A stretch of 64,000 bases of DNA from an uncultured Methanoregulaceae archaeon (GTDB lineage: Archaea; Halobacteriota; Methanomicrobia; Methanomicrobiales; Methanospirillaceae). The translations under genes and the position numbers were made by a program. Shown piece by piece: positions 52,107-61,754 of this stretch. The stretch is taken from positions 1,344,001 through 1,408,000 of the forward strand of contig CAVTTL010000001.1 in NCBI GenBank assembly GCA_963737635.1, written 5' to 3'. The notes under the pieces are model-generated. The model saw nothing but the letters and a program-made list of their open reading frames with translations. It was not told where the DNA came from and ran no database searches. Numbering within the stretch: position 1 is the stretch's first letter; each line of letters begins with the position of its first letter.

Positions 52107-54620
52107 TCACGAGCTTCGGTAATGAAAAAGAGAATCAACATACCATTTTTTCCATCTTCTGAACTCTGAAAACGGGATTGCATGATTATACTCTAAAAAT
52201 TTCAATGCGGTCATCAGTGTCAGTCCCGCTATAAAGAGAGCGTTCTTCGGCTTGGTATTCCGGGAAATCTGACGATCCATATACATATGCGCATATGCAT
52301 AAATCCATGTCGAAGGAATGTTTCCCGTACCGTAGTGTTTCCTGATCACATTGAGGATCTCTTCATGGGCTTCAAGCCGCTTCGACATAGTCTTTGTTTC
52401 CTGGTACAAACGTGAATTTGCGAGGTAGTCACTGATATACCCAAGAGTTCCATAGTGTTTTGCTATGCGGATCCAATAATCGTAATCCATAGCATAATGG
52501 AGGTTATCATCAAATAAACCGATCTTTTCAATGACATCCCGTTTCCAGAATGTCGTCGGCTGGCAGATATAACAGGTCTCAGCGAGGTGCCGGAAATCAA
52601 AGGGTTCTGTGGGATACCGTTCGATTATTTTCCCCTCTGCGGTTATATGATATCCTTCCCCGTACACACATGAATCCTGGTTTTCAGAAGTAAGATAACG
52701 AACTGCACGTGTCACCGCACCGGGGAGATAGGTGTCGTCAGAATTGAGATATGCTAAGATCTCACCTTTTGCGAGCCTGAGACCTTTATTGATGGCGTCG
52801 GTCTGACCCTTGTCTTTCTCTGAAAACCAAGTAACACGTTCTTCATATTTCCTGAGTATTTCGAGCGTCTGATCAGTAGAGCCACCGTCCATGACAATAT
52901 ACTCAATGTTGGGGTAATCTTGGTTTAAAACGCTCAATATGGTCTCTTCAATAAACCGGCCTTGATTATAGGAAGGAGTTACTATCGTGACGAGCGGCAA
53001 TTCCTGAGTAATCATCAGATTGTTTTTTTGATAAACTGCTTTGCTTTTGATGAACTGCGTTGCTGTTGCAGTATTATCTATTAACATGAGTGAATCTAGT
53101 ATAACCGATATCTCCCGTTCATCGTTATTGATTGCCAGTTTTCTGGGGACATACAATCTATTGGGAATGATTTCAACGCTATATTCCGAATCCTTTTCTC
53201 CAAGAGCCGGAAATTCAAACTCAAAGGAATATTTCCCCAATGCCGGGATCAGGATTTTGGTTTTTTTCTTTTTATTGAGTACAACCGTCATTTTCATCGG
53301 GTACCGTACTGGGAGCCCGCCTATAAGATCCATCTGTACGGAACGGAATATCTTTTTTGGGCCCCGATACCTGAAAGCTACCCGGGAGATCCAGCCGTCA
53401 GGATAGAGCCCGTCAAAGACCCCTTCCTCCCTTTTGGGATATGCGATCTCAACTTTTTTTGCTTTAGCATATGCAGAAACAAAAAGATCAAGATGCATGC
53501 GTGCAACTTTGTCGTAGGTATAGTTGGTTGCCCGGGTTTTTCCAATCAGAATAAGTTTTTCGCGTAATGCATCGTCATCGATGATCCTGTACATCGCATC
53601 GCATATGCTCTGGGGATCACTTGGATCGAATAGATACGCAGCGTCTCCTGTCACTTCGGGAATACTCGTGGAATTTGACGCGATAATGGGACACCCTGTT
53701 GCCATTGCTTCTAAAAGAGGGATCCCGAAACCTTCGAAAAGGGAAGGGAAGACAAGGGCTTTTGCATTTTTATAAAGATTCGGCATATCGTCCCTATCGA
53801 TGTAGTCTAAGATGTGGATGACATCATTTAACCGATACCGGGAGATCAGGTCATGAATCTCCTTGTTCCCCCGGAGATCACTCCCGGTAAGAACGAGATG
53901 AACCGAATCGCCATAGGTTTTCCGGTACAAATTAAATGCCATAATCAATGTCTGATGATTTTTGTGAGGCCATGCATTCGCAGGGTACAACAAATAGTTA
54001 CCGGGAAGATCGTATTTCTCTCTAGTGTCATATTTTGGCTCTGATGCTTGTGCGAAATTATCACCAGCTGCCAAGTGGATTACTGCAATTTTCTCCGGAA
54101 TAATTCCCAGTTTCTCAATAAAACTTTGTTTCGAGAATTCAGAGATGGTAATAATATCCATTGCCTGTTCACAGGATGGCCGGATATACCCTCTTCTAAG
54201 CGCTAATTCCTCATGAGAAAAATAGTCCGGATAATATTCATGCTGAAGATCCGGAATGGTTACGATTCCCGGTATTTCAAGGGGCCGGGGATCAAGACTT
54301 AAAAAGGGACAAAACCACAAATCAAACTGGTATTTTTTAATAAGTTCCTGTAAAGAATCTCCTGAAAAATGTTTACCGGAAATACGGCGATGGAATGATG
54401 AAGAAATCCGGGTGAATATCCCACAATCATCGTGAATAGCAATTTTTGTACAATTCGGGGCTGAATACTTCAGCGAATAATCATTGTATGGTGCAGTGAT
54501 CAGGTAATAGCGATTAATAGTATCGATACGAAAAAGATGCTCCAGTAAATTTCGCAGGTATACCTCCATCCCCCCGTTTTTCCCAGGACGCAATGGTAAT
54601 AGGTTAATGCCGATTTTCAT
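52107..54620 (-). CDS. Fused GT4 + GT2 glycosyltransferase
   Basis: N-terminal PANAWPHKNH and FPSLFEGFGIPLLEAM; C-terminal VTPSYNQ, DGGSTD, YLNSDD and MDYDYW. Confidence 0.9.
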   Translation of the reverse strand: MKIGINLLPLRPGKNGGMEVYLRNLLEHLFRIDTINRYYLITAPYNDYSLKYSAPNCTKIAIHDDCGIFTRISSSFHRRISGKHFSGDSLQELIKKYQFDLWFCPFLSLDPRPLEIPGIVTIPDLQHEYYPDYFSHEELALRRGYIRPSCEQAMDIITISEFSKQSFIEKLGIIPEKIAVIHLAAGDNFAQASEPKYDTREKYDLPGNYLLYPANAWPHKNHQTLIMAFNLYRKTYGDSVHLVLTGSDLRGNKEIHDLISRYRLNDVIHILDYIDRDDMPNLYKNAKALVFPSLFEGFGIPLLEAMATGCPIIASNSTSIPEVTGDAAYLFDPSDPQSICDAMYRIIDDDALREKLILIGKTRATNYTYDKVARMHLDLFVSAYAKAKKVEIAYPKREEGVFDGLYPDGWISRVAFRYRGPKKIFRSVQMDLIGGLPVRYPMKMTVVLNKKKKTKILIPALGKYSFEFEFPALGEKDSEYSVEIIPNRLYVPRKLAINNDEREISVILDSLMLIDNTATATQFIKSKAVYQKNNLMITQELPLVTIVTPSYNQGRFIEETILSVLNQDYPNIEYIVMDGGSTDQTLEILRKYEERVTWFSEKDKGQTDAINKGLRLAKGEILAYLNSDDTYLPGAVTRAVRYLTSENQDSCVYGEGYHITAEGKIIERYPTEPFDFRHLAETCYICQPTTFWKRDVIEKIGLFDDNLHYAMDYDYWIRIAKHYGTLGYISDYLANSRLYQETKTMSKRLEAHEEILNVIRKHYGTGNIPSTWIYAYAHMYMDRQISRNTKPKNALFIAGLTLMTALKFLEYNHAIPFSEFRRWKKWYVDSLFHYRSS

Positions 54621-54640
54621 AAGTATCCACAAGGATTAGT

Positions 54641-55804
54641 TTACTCAGGACCGTTATTGGCGAGTAATTGATCCAAGGTCCGTATTTTATTATCTGATAT
54701 ATCTAATACAGGCAGATCTTTGATCAAATTAAGTCTTCTATCACCGGAAACATAGGACAATTGGCCCTCGACATCACGCGATTCCCGGTATTTACTGGTG
54801 AAATAACCCTCTTTTGCAGTTAATTCTTTAAAACCCGAAGCCAGATCTTTTCGAATAAAAAAGGCGTTATTTCCTGCAGTATTTGAACTGATAAAAACAT
54901 ACCCTTTCTGTTGGGCCAACATGCACAAGGCAGGTAAGGAAGCTCCCCAGTACAGATTTGAAAAATGTGCTCTGGTTCGATCGAAATCCGAAGTATAGGG
55001 TATAGTTATTGCATGGGTGCATCCAAAAACGCTATTATATTCACAAATTACGATTCTTGGGGATATTGCTGTAATCGCTTGCCAGACCCAATAATCATTT
55101 CCATCAATATCTATGCTCAATAAGCCAATATCTCCGGATATCCCGGCCTCTTTAAATATCTCATTAATATTCTCTGTGGTTATAAAATTACACAGAGCTG
55201 TTAAATCATATTTCCAGAATATCGAGTCTTGTTTAATTTCATCGATCGCACTCTTAGAGGAATCAACAATCAGCCCACTCCAATTATTATTCATCAATAA
55301 AAAACGCGTGTTTGATTCTTTATAATTTTCAACGCCAAATTCAACGAAATATTTGTTTTCCAAGGTAATTTTATTAATAATCCATTGAATGATTCCGTCT
55401 TCTCCCCATTGAGAAAAAACAGACAGTTCTGCATCAATTGGGGAAATTATCTGAGTATTGTCTCTTGTTTTAAGGATATATTGACTAAGTAGAAATTTTG
55501 AGGATTGGTCAAATTGATCTAGTTGTATCCTTATATTAGACTCAAGTTGAGTTGATGAGGAGATGATATCATTTTGGATCTTCCTTTCAGATGCACTGAT
55601 TATTTCGTTAATGTGCTTTTTTGTGGCGGTTTCAGATGCACTGATTATTTCGTTAATATGTTTTTTTATGGCAGTTTCAGATCCACCGATTATTTCATTA
55701 ATATGCTTTTCTGAGGCTATTTGCTCTTGTTTAAGTCTATCCACTAATTGGTTAAAGAAAGCATGAGAGACCGGAAGTATCTTGGCTAGCCAGCTGCGTG
55801 TCAA
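54641..55804 (-). CDS. Methyltransferase-like (FkbM-related) protein with N-terminal repeat coiled coil
   Basis: SQWGEDGI, FVEFGV, ESNTR and LLSIDIDGNDYW; N-terminal KHINEII repeats. Confidence 0.7.
   Translation of the reverse strand: MTRSWLAKILPVSHAFFNQLVDRLKQEQIASEKHINEIIGGSETAIKKHINEIISASETATKKHINEIISASERKIQNDIISSSTQLESNIRIQLDQFDQSSKFLLSQYILKTRDNTQIISPIDAELSVFSQWGEDGIIQWIINKITLENKYFVEFGVENYKESNTRFLLMNNNWSGLIVDSSKSAIDEIKQDSIFWKYDLTALCNFITTENINEIFKEAGISGDIGLLSIDIDGNDYWVWQAITAISPRIVICEYNSVFGCTHAITIPYTSDFDRTRAHFSNLYWGASLPALCMLAQQKGYVFISSNTAGNNAFFIRKDLASGFKELTAKEGYFTSKYRESRDVEGQLSYVSGDRRLNLIKDLPVLDISDNKIRTLDQLLANNGPE
55585..55712. repeat. 45-bp in-frame tandem repeat, about 3 copies
   Basis: Units start with TTTCAGAT at 55585, 55630 and 55675 and encode SETAxKKHINEIIxx. 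Confidence 0.9.
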
Positions 55805-55958
55805 TATGAGTATAATTTATGGAGTCTTTGATATATACTTTAAGTTAAAAAAGAAGCCAATGTTGATCAATGATAAATGAAATTTTCGTTCAATGTCAAG
55901 TCAATATATATATTGTATGTATTCTCAAGTTCATTAAAATCATGCGGAATTAAGTTAA

Positions 55959-57200
55959 TCAGGGGGAATATTGAATTATTACCTTCGGGTTCATATTAAA
56001 AATTCCAGAATAAAGAATAGCTTGGGAATTGGGTATCACTTTGAGTAATTGAATATCTTGAATAAACAATAAATACTCTTCAAATGTTCCAATCCCATTT
56101 CCTATATTTGTTACACCCACGGAAAGAGGATACTCACCTGATGCCAGAGGCACATTAAAATCAAAAATAATTGTTGCGATCTGATTTGCCAAGAGCTTTG
56201 AAGGTTTTAACTGCATTGAATCCGTTTCAACTTGGAAAATTCTTTGACCCAGATAATTGCGGACGATAAATCCAAAATGTGGTTCGATCAGATCTTTCTT
56301 AGAGATCACTTCAAAAAATATCCTGATGTTTTGTTCACTTTCAACAAATGAGATTTCCTCGTCATTTTCATTCAGGATTTTAAATGAGCGTAATTCGACT
56401 TCACCGGTGTTTAATCCCGATTTTCCTTTATTTTTTTCCGAATTCTCTTTTATGATTGATAACTCAGATTCTCCTTTGTGGATTTGTTTGACTATCGTAT
56501 TTTCATAGAAGTCGACAACTGATTTGGTTTCACCGTACTCTATTGCATGACCATGGTTCAGCAGGAGAGTACGATCACAGAGCATTCGTACCGCATTCAT
56601 ATCGTGCGACACGAACACGATCGATCCCCCACTTGCCCGGAACTCTTGGATCTTCCGCATGCATTTCTGCTGGAAATAGGCATCCCCGACCGCCAGTGCT
56701 TCATCGACAAGGAAGCACGTCGGATTTGCGTGAATGGCAATCGAGAATGCGAGTCGCATAACCATCCCGGAAGAGTAGGTCTTGATTGGCTCGTTGATGA
56801 AGTCCCCTAACTCGGAAAAATCGATGATCGTCTGCTTCTTTTTGTTGATCTCGTCTTTGGTCATCCCTATGAGGGTGCCGTTCATGTAAATATTTTCAAG
56901 GCCGGTCATCTCGTAGTTGAACCCGGTGCCAAGTTCGAGAAGGCCGGTCACTTTACCGTCGACATGGATCGTTCCCTTGTCCGGGATCACAATGCCGGAG
57001 AGGATCTTCAGGAGCGTGGACTTGCCGGCACCGTTCTGTCCGATGATACCGAGAGTTTCGCCGTTCTTTACTTCAAAGGAGATGTTGTCGAGCGCCACAA
57101 AGTCCTTGTGGTACTTTCTCCGGTAGACAATTTCCCGAAGTCTGTCGGCTGGCGAATGGTAGAGCTTGAACTGCTTTGAGATCCCTTCGACTCGTATCAT
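55959..57200 (-). CDS. wzt: Polysaccharide ABC exporter ATPase with C-terminal Wzt_C domain
   Basis: GQNGAGKST, YSSGMVMRLAF, DEALAVGD and VSHD, plus a C-terminal extension. Confidence 0.92.
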   Translation of the reverse strand: MIRVEGISKQFKLYHSPADRLREIVYRRKYHKDFVALDNISFEVKNGETLGIIGQNGAGKSTLLKILSGIVIPDKGTIHVDGKVTGLLELGTGFNYEMTGLENIYMNGTLIGMTKDEINKKKQTIIDFSELGDFINEPIKTYSSGMVMRLAFSIAIHANPTCFLVDEALAVGDAYFQQKCMRKIQEFRASGGSIVFVSHDMNAVRMLCDRTLLLNHGHAIEYGETKSVVDFYENTIVKQIHKGESELSIIKENSEKNKGKSGLNTGEVELRSFKILNENDEEISFVESEQNIRIFFEVISKKDLIEPHFGFIVRNYLGQRIFQVETDSMQLKPSKLLANQIATIIFDFNVPLASGEYPLSVGVTNIGNGIGTFEEYLLFIQDIQLLKVIPNSQAILYSGIFNMNPKVIIQYSP

Positions 57201-57249
57201 GGACGCGTGTACCGTAGTTGATTCGCAGATGCATTAAAAATATCGAACA

Positions 57250-57510
57250 CGGGGGACGAGACCTGCAATATCGAACAAGGATGCAGCCATGATCAAAAGA
57301 AATACAGACAAATTCCAAAACTTAAAAAGAGGAATTTCTGGACTACGCGCTTTCCGGGTACTCGATTTCGCATACCGGGTAATTCCGGTCTTTTGAGTCA
57401 CTTCTCCGTTCATTACATAATTCAGAAACCATGTGATGAGTTGTGGCATCCCTTTCTCCTTATCAGTAAGGTAATCCAGTACAGTGTCTCTTAAAGTCGT
57501 GCCCCGTATG
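57250..57510 (-). mobile_element. Internally deleted IS256-family transposase remnant
   Basis: DYLTDKEKGMPQLITWFLNYVM.GE..QKTG..RY..S.TRKAR resembles the N-terminus of methanogen IS256 transposases; the catalytic core is missing. Confidence 0.5.
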
Positions 57511-57560
57511 CTACCTCTAATCAATGGATGTAAATTCAATGATCATTTAATTAGATTAAG

Positions 57561-58442
57561 ATGATCAAGATAAAATCGCGTTTGTTATTTTTTGATTTGC
57601 TTCGGATAGGGTGTATCGCAGCGATAGTTTGTGATCATCTTATCCATCTCGGTTGTATAACCTTGCCGGGGTATCTTGAATTTCTCGGCGTTGTTCGACC
57701 CTACTTTGGGGGGGCATTTTGGTTATCACTTGGAAACTTAGGTGTATATGGTCTTATTTTTGTGAGCGGGGCTGTTCTTGCATTCACACATCCAAAGGTG
57801 GATAATTTATTTGAATTTTTCAAGAGACGATTAATACGGCTGTATCCAGTGGTTTGGATGAGTCTTGTCGTTGCATTATTAATAACGCCCACTTTGATCA
57901 CTTCAGTCACTGTACGTAACTGGATCCTTAGCATAATTGGAATGACAATTTACGCCGGGGAGTGGGGCGGACCGATTAATCCCATCTTGTGGTTCATCGG
58001 CCTTATCGTCGCTCTTTATCTGCTCTACCCATTTATAGCAAGATTCATCGATAAGTCACCACATGTCGCGATGGGGGCCATGATTCTAATCTCTGTGCTC
58101 TCGACGTTTGTTATTGTTTATTTCAACTTAGATCCATCGATTAATGGGCCTCAATGCATGCCGAGATGGTTGTTCCTTTGCAACCTCATGGAATTCGGTT
58201 TCGGAGTTTATATCGTGAAAATGGGGATATATCCAAAAATAACGTATACAAACCCCGCTATAAGCTATCTTGCAGAATTATCTTTTTGTATATTTTTATT
58301 CGAATACATTTTAATTGGAATCGGGCTCGTCAATTTAGGTTTATATTTTTTCATGCTTTTTGTTATCAGTGCAGCTGCATTGAATATCGACAAGCAGATT
58401 CAGCAAAAATTCAAACACTATTTTAAGGTCTCTGAGGGATGA
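57561..58442 (+). CDS. Acyltransferase-3 (OafA-like) O-acyltransferase
   Basis: FDLLR, FVSGAVL, RR.IRLYP..W, WGGPINPILWFIG, ELSF. Confidence 0.85.
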   Translation: MIKIKSRLLFFDLLRIGCIAAIVCDHLIHLGCITLPGYLEFLGVVRPYFGGAFWLSLGNLGVYGLIFVSGAVLAFTHPKVDNLFEFFKRRLIRLYPVVWMSLVVALLITPTLITSVTVRNWILSIIGMTIYAGEWGGPINPILWFIGLIVALYLLYPFIARFIDKSPHVAMGAMILISVLSTFVIVYFNLDPSINGPQCMPRWLFLCNLMEFGFGVYIVKMGIYPKITYTNPAISYLAELSFCIFLFEYILIGIGLVNLGLYFFMLFVISAAALNIDKQIQQKFKHYFKVSEG

Positions 58443-58601
58443 ATGATCGAAAGACCTCTACTTCCTCATGAGCTGAGGATGCTACGCATTTCTGTTGGCG
58501 TTTCTTCTGCACGATGGAAAATATCGATCACTTGTATCGGTAAGGAACCGATCTAACTCATGGGCCTAACGTACGGTCCAGCGATTTTTCCGGGTCTATG
58601 A

Positions 58602-59369
58602 TCAGATGAAATCCCGGATATCCTTTTCGAGTTTTTTGAAGATCGCGTAATCCAGAACGATCAGCACCATACTTGCGCCGAGAACAATCGAGAGATAAAA
58701 GAACGAGGGCATCTGCTGGTAGACGAAAATATCATGGTATGCCGACACAACGGCAGTCATAGGGTTCCAGATCAAAATTCGCTGTACAACTGCAGGAAGA
58801 ATATTAAAAACGTACACGATGGGCGTAAACCAGAACCAGATCAGGAGCGCGATCGTAACAACCTCCTTGAGGTCCCGGAGAAAGACCACAAACATCGCCA
58901 GAAAAAATCCCAGCGCATAGGCAAACACCTGCTGTATCAGATAGATGACCGGGATCAGCAGCAGGTACCAGGAAAGAGGAACCCGGAAAAAAAGAATGAT
59001 CAAAAAGAATATCACAAAGGTTACGACGAACGTGATCGTTTCCGATATCACAATAAAGAGGGGGAGCGTGGGAAGGTCCATGTGGATCTTTGCGATGATA
59101 TTTTTCTTGTCCAGAAAGACCGTTGAGGACCGGGTGACCGTGTTGGTAAATGCAGTCCAGGGAATAAGACCAGAAACGAGGTAGACCCCGTAGCCCCAGA
59201 TCGAGGTATTACCTGCCAGCCTCGCCCCCATCAGGCTCCCGAAGACGACCATGTAGATGAAGATGTTGACCAAGGGGTAGATGAACGACCAGACAAACCC
59301 GAGCACTGAGCCTGAGTACCGCTCGATAAAATCCCGTTTTGCAAGTTCAAGAATCAGGCTGAAATTCAT
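58602..59369 (-). CDS. wzm: Polysaccharide ABC exporter permease
   Basis: RDFIERYSGSVLGFVWS, RDL, WFTPIVY, NPM, IRDFI. Confidence 0.92.
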   Translation of the reverse strand: MNFSLILELAKRDFIERYSGSVLGFVWSFIYPLVNIFIYMVVFGSLMGARLAGNTSIWGYGVYLVSGLIPWTAFTNTVTRSSTVFLDKKNIIAKIHMDLPTLPLFIVISETITFVVTFVIFFLIILFFRVPLSWYLLLIPVIYLIQQVFAYALGFFLAMFVVFLRDLKEVVTIALLIWFWFTPIVYVFNILPAVVQRILIWNPMTAVVSAYHDIFVYQQMPSFFYLSIVLGASMVLIVLDYAIFKKLEKDIRDFI

Positions 59370-59437
59370 GGGGGTGTCCCTCTCTTTTGCAGGGATTGTA
59401 TCCGGATGGATCGGATGTACGGGATGTTCAATCTTTC

Positions 59438-60532
59438 TTAATTTTGCCGGTCTTGAGTATCCCTGATCGCTTCCCGGATTCTCCCGGCAAACACCGGAAT
59501 ATCGAACTGCTCCGCACGTTCGCGGCAGGCATCCCGGAAATACTCTCCATCCCTCTCGGAGATTTCTCGTATGCCTTCGATGATTCCCTCAGGAGTTGCC
59601 TCAACCAGCCTCCCGGTCATCGTGTCTACTACGGACTCGAGGAAACCGCCTTCCCGTGGCGCAACCACCGGTTTTCCCGCAGCCATCGCTTCGAGAGGGG
59701 TCATCCCGAAATCCTCATCCATTGCAGTACAAATGAGGCCTTTGCACCGTGAATACAGGTCGATCAGCTCCTCATCGGAGACCGATCCAAGCAGCTCGAC
59801 GTTCACCGGGAGATGGGCAAGATATCCAAGGTTCTTTGCAGCGTGATCCCCCGGACTGTATCCTCCGACAATTTTAAGATGTTCATCAGGGAGCCTCCGG
59901 AATACTTCTATCTGGAGGGGAATTCTCTTCTCGGGGTACAGCCGGTTGACCGAGAGCCAGTATGCGGTTTCATTACTGTAACGGAACTTTTTTGCATCGA
60001 CCGGGGGGTAAATAACCATCGCATCGCGGTGATAAAATATGGCGATTCGCTTTTTTGTATTTTCGCTGTTGGTTACAATTCTATCAATCCGACGTACAGA
60101 TCTTCCATCAAACCATGAATGCAGGGAGATCCAGATCTTTGCAACGATACGGTGCACCGGCGTTTTCTGATTTTTAAGGAAATACGCTTTCAGATCATAA
60201 AAAACCCGGACAGGTGTGTGACAGTACCACATGTTCGGATGGTGATTGCGGGAGGCATAATGTGCCCAGTTCCCGCTGAAGATGAAAAAATCGTACTCCG
60301 GAAAACGGGATAACGCGAACTTGAACGATGCATGAATCTGTTTGAAGGGGGGTGTCTGGATAACATTTCCTAAACTGATCACCCTGACATCGTCGAATCC
60401 CATACAGTGAATGGATTCCCGGTTTACATCTGAAGTAATAATATCTGCACCCAGTTCACGCGCAAGGATCAATACGAGACGTTCCCCCCCGCCAATCGCA
60501 CCAAAATAATCGTGGAAGATCGCAACTCTCAT
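59438..60532 (-). CDS. GT4 glycosyltransferase (WbaZ-like)
   Basis: HDY...GGGER, YCHTP.R, EDFGMTPLEAM. Confidence 0.9.
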   Translation of the reverse strand: MRVAIFHDYFGAIGGGERLVLILARELGADIITSDVNRESIHCMGFDDVRVISLGNVIQTPPFKQIHASFKFALSRFPEYDFFIFSGNWAHYASRNHHPNMWYCHTPVRVFYDLKAYFLKNQKTPVHRIVAKIWISLHSWFDGRSVRRIDRIVTNSENTKKRIAIFYHRDAMVIYPPVDAKKFRYSNETAYWLSVNRLYPEKRIPLQIEVFRRLPDEHLKIVGGYSPGDHAAKNLGYLAHLPVNVELLGSVSDEELIDLYSRCKGLICTAMDEDFGMTPLEAMAAGKPVVAPREGGFLESVVDTMTGRLVEATPEGIIEGIREISERDGEYFRDACRERAEQFDIPVFAGRIREAIRDTQDRQN

Positions 60533-60538
60533 GGCCGT

Positions 60539-61537
60539 TCAGCTGGTTTTTACCTTAGTTTCTTCCGTGAGCACGCGCTGATCCCAGTAATCGTAGAGAG
60601 ACAACAGACTCTGCTCGAAGGGTATCGCCGGTCCCCAGCCCAGATCCCGCCGTATCTTATCGTTACTGCCGATAATACGGGGATTGTCGATCGGACGGAT
60701 CTGCGCCTGCTCCTCGTGCACGCTGACGTTCAACCCTTTAAGATCCGCAAGCAGGGCCACGATCTCCCCTATGGTCCGGCCCGTACCGCTGCATATGTTA
60801 TAGACCTCCCCGCGTTTTCCTTTCGAAAGAAGGAGAACATAGGCGGCGACGACATCGTGCACATCGACGAAATCGCGCACAATAGACCCATTGCCAATAT
60901 GGATCACGGGATCCTGGAGGCCGTGGGCAATTCTCGCAAACTGCCGGGCGATAGCGCTTACTACAAACCGGTCGCTCTGGCCCGGGCCGCAGTGGTTGAA
61001 CGATCGCGTGCAGCAGATGTCAAGGCCGTACCCTTCAGCATAAATTTTCGCGAGCTGCTCCTGGGCCACCCGCGCAACCGCATAGGGATTTGCCGGATGC
61101 TGGGGGGTAGTTTCGGTTAATGGCAGGTCAGCGGCAGCGACAATCCCGTACTGTTCGGACGACCCGATCGAGAGCACCCGCGCACCGTTGTCGTTCTGCC
61201 GGACAGTATCAATGATATTTAAAAAAATATTGGTGTTGTTCATGAACGAAAAGACCGGCGTCTTCCAGCTCTCGGCAACGGAGCTTTGGGCCGCCAGGTG
61301 GAGAATATACTCCGGTTGAATCTCTTCAAGAAGCGATTTGATGGTAGGAATATCGAGCAGGTCTGCCTGGTGGAAATGGGAGCCGTTGCGCAGGCTCAGG
61401 CCACGGGGTACAAAATCCCATGCCGGTTTTGAGCGGCTGATGCCGTGGATCTCAAACCCGTTCGTATGATCTTCCAGGTAGGAGACAAGATGCCCCCCGA
61501 CAAAACCGCTGATACCGGTAATCAAGAGTCTTTTCAT
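60539..61537 (-). CDS. GDP-sugar epimerase/reductase (Rmd/Gmd-like)
   Basis: ITGISGFVG, HLAAQSSV..SW, GSSEQYG, RSFNH.GPGQ, RDFVDV.D. Confidence 0.82.
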   Translation of the reverse strand: MKRLLITGISGFVGGHLVSYLEDHTNGFEIHGISRSKPAWDFVPRGLSLRNGSHFHQADLLDIPTIKSLLEEIQPEYILHLAAQSSVAESWKTPVFSFMNNTNIFLNIIDTVRQNDNGARVLSIGSSEQYGIVAAADLPLTETTPQHPANPYAVARVAQEQLAKIYAEGYGLDICCTRSFNHCGPGQSDRFVVSAIARQFARIAHGLQDPVIHIGNGSIVRDFVDVHDVVAAYVLLLSKGKRGEVYNICSGTGRTIGEIVALLADLKGLNVSVHEEQAQIRPIDNPRIIGSNDKIRRDLGWGPAIPFEQSLLSLYDYWDQRVLTEETKVKTS

Positions 61538-61754
61538 ATTGGTCTCCTTTTCGCGCCGCATGAGAAAACGGATGTAACGCCGAAATAACCCCGGTATTTT
61601 CCCGTATCTTATCTATTCGTCATTTCACTCACATGAACATTCGCGTCACTTTTTCCAGTCTCCCCGATCCTTTGTTCCCCTCTTTTCCTATGGATTTATT
61701 GAACAAAACAGCCATTATTTTCATACCTCTTTCAATCGTATACAGGACACACAC

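Noticed and set aside
55585-55712. Tandem repeat as a CRISPR array
   Set aside because: No unique spacers, in frame within a CDS, and no cas genes in the window.
58443-58601. A further IS256 fragment downstream of the acyltransferase
   Set aside because: Only a vague peptide resemblance (IFSIVQKKRQQK); cannot be supported without a search.
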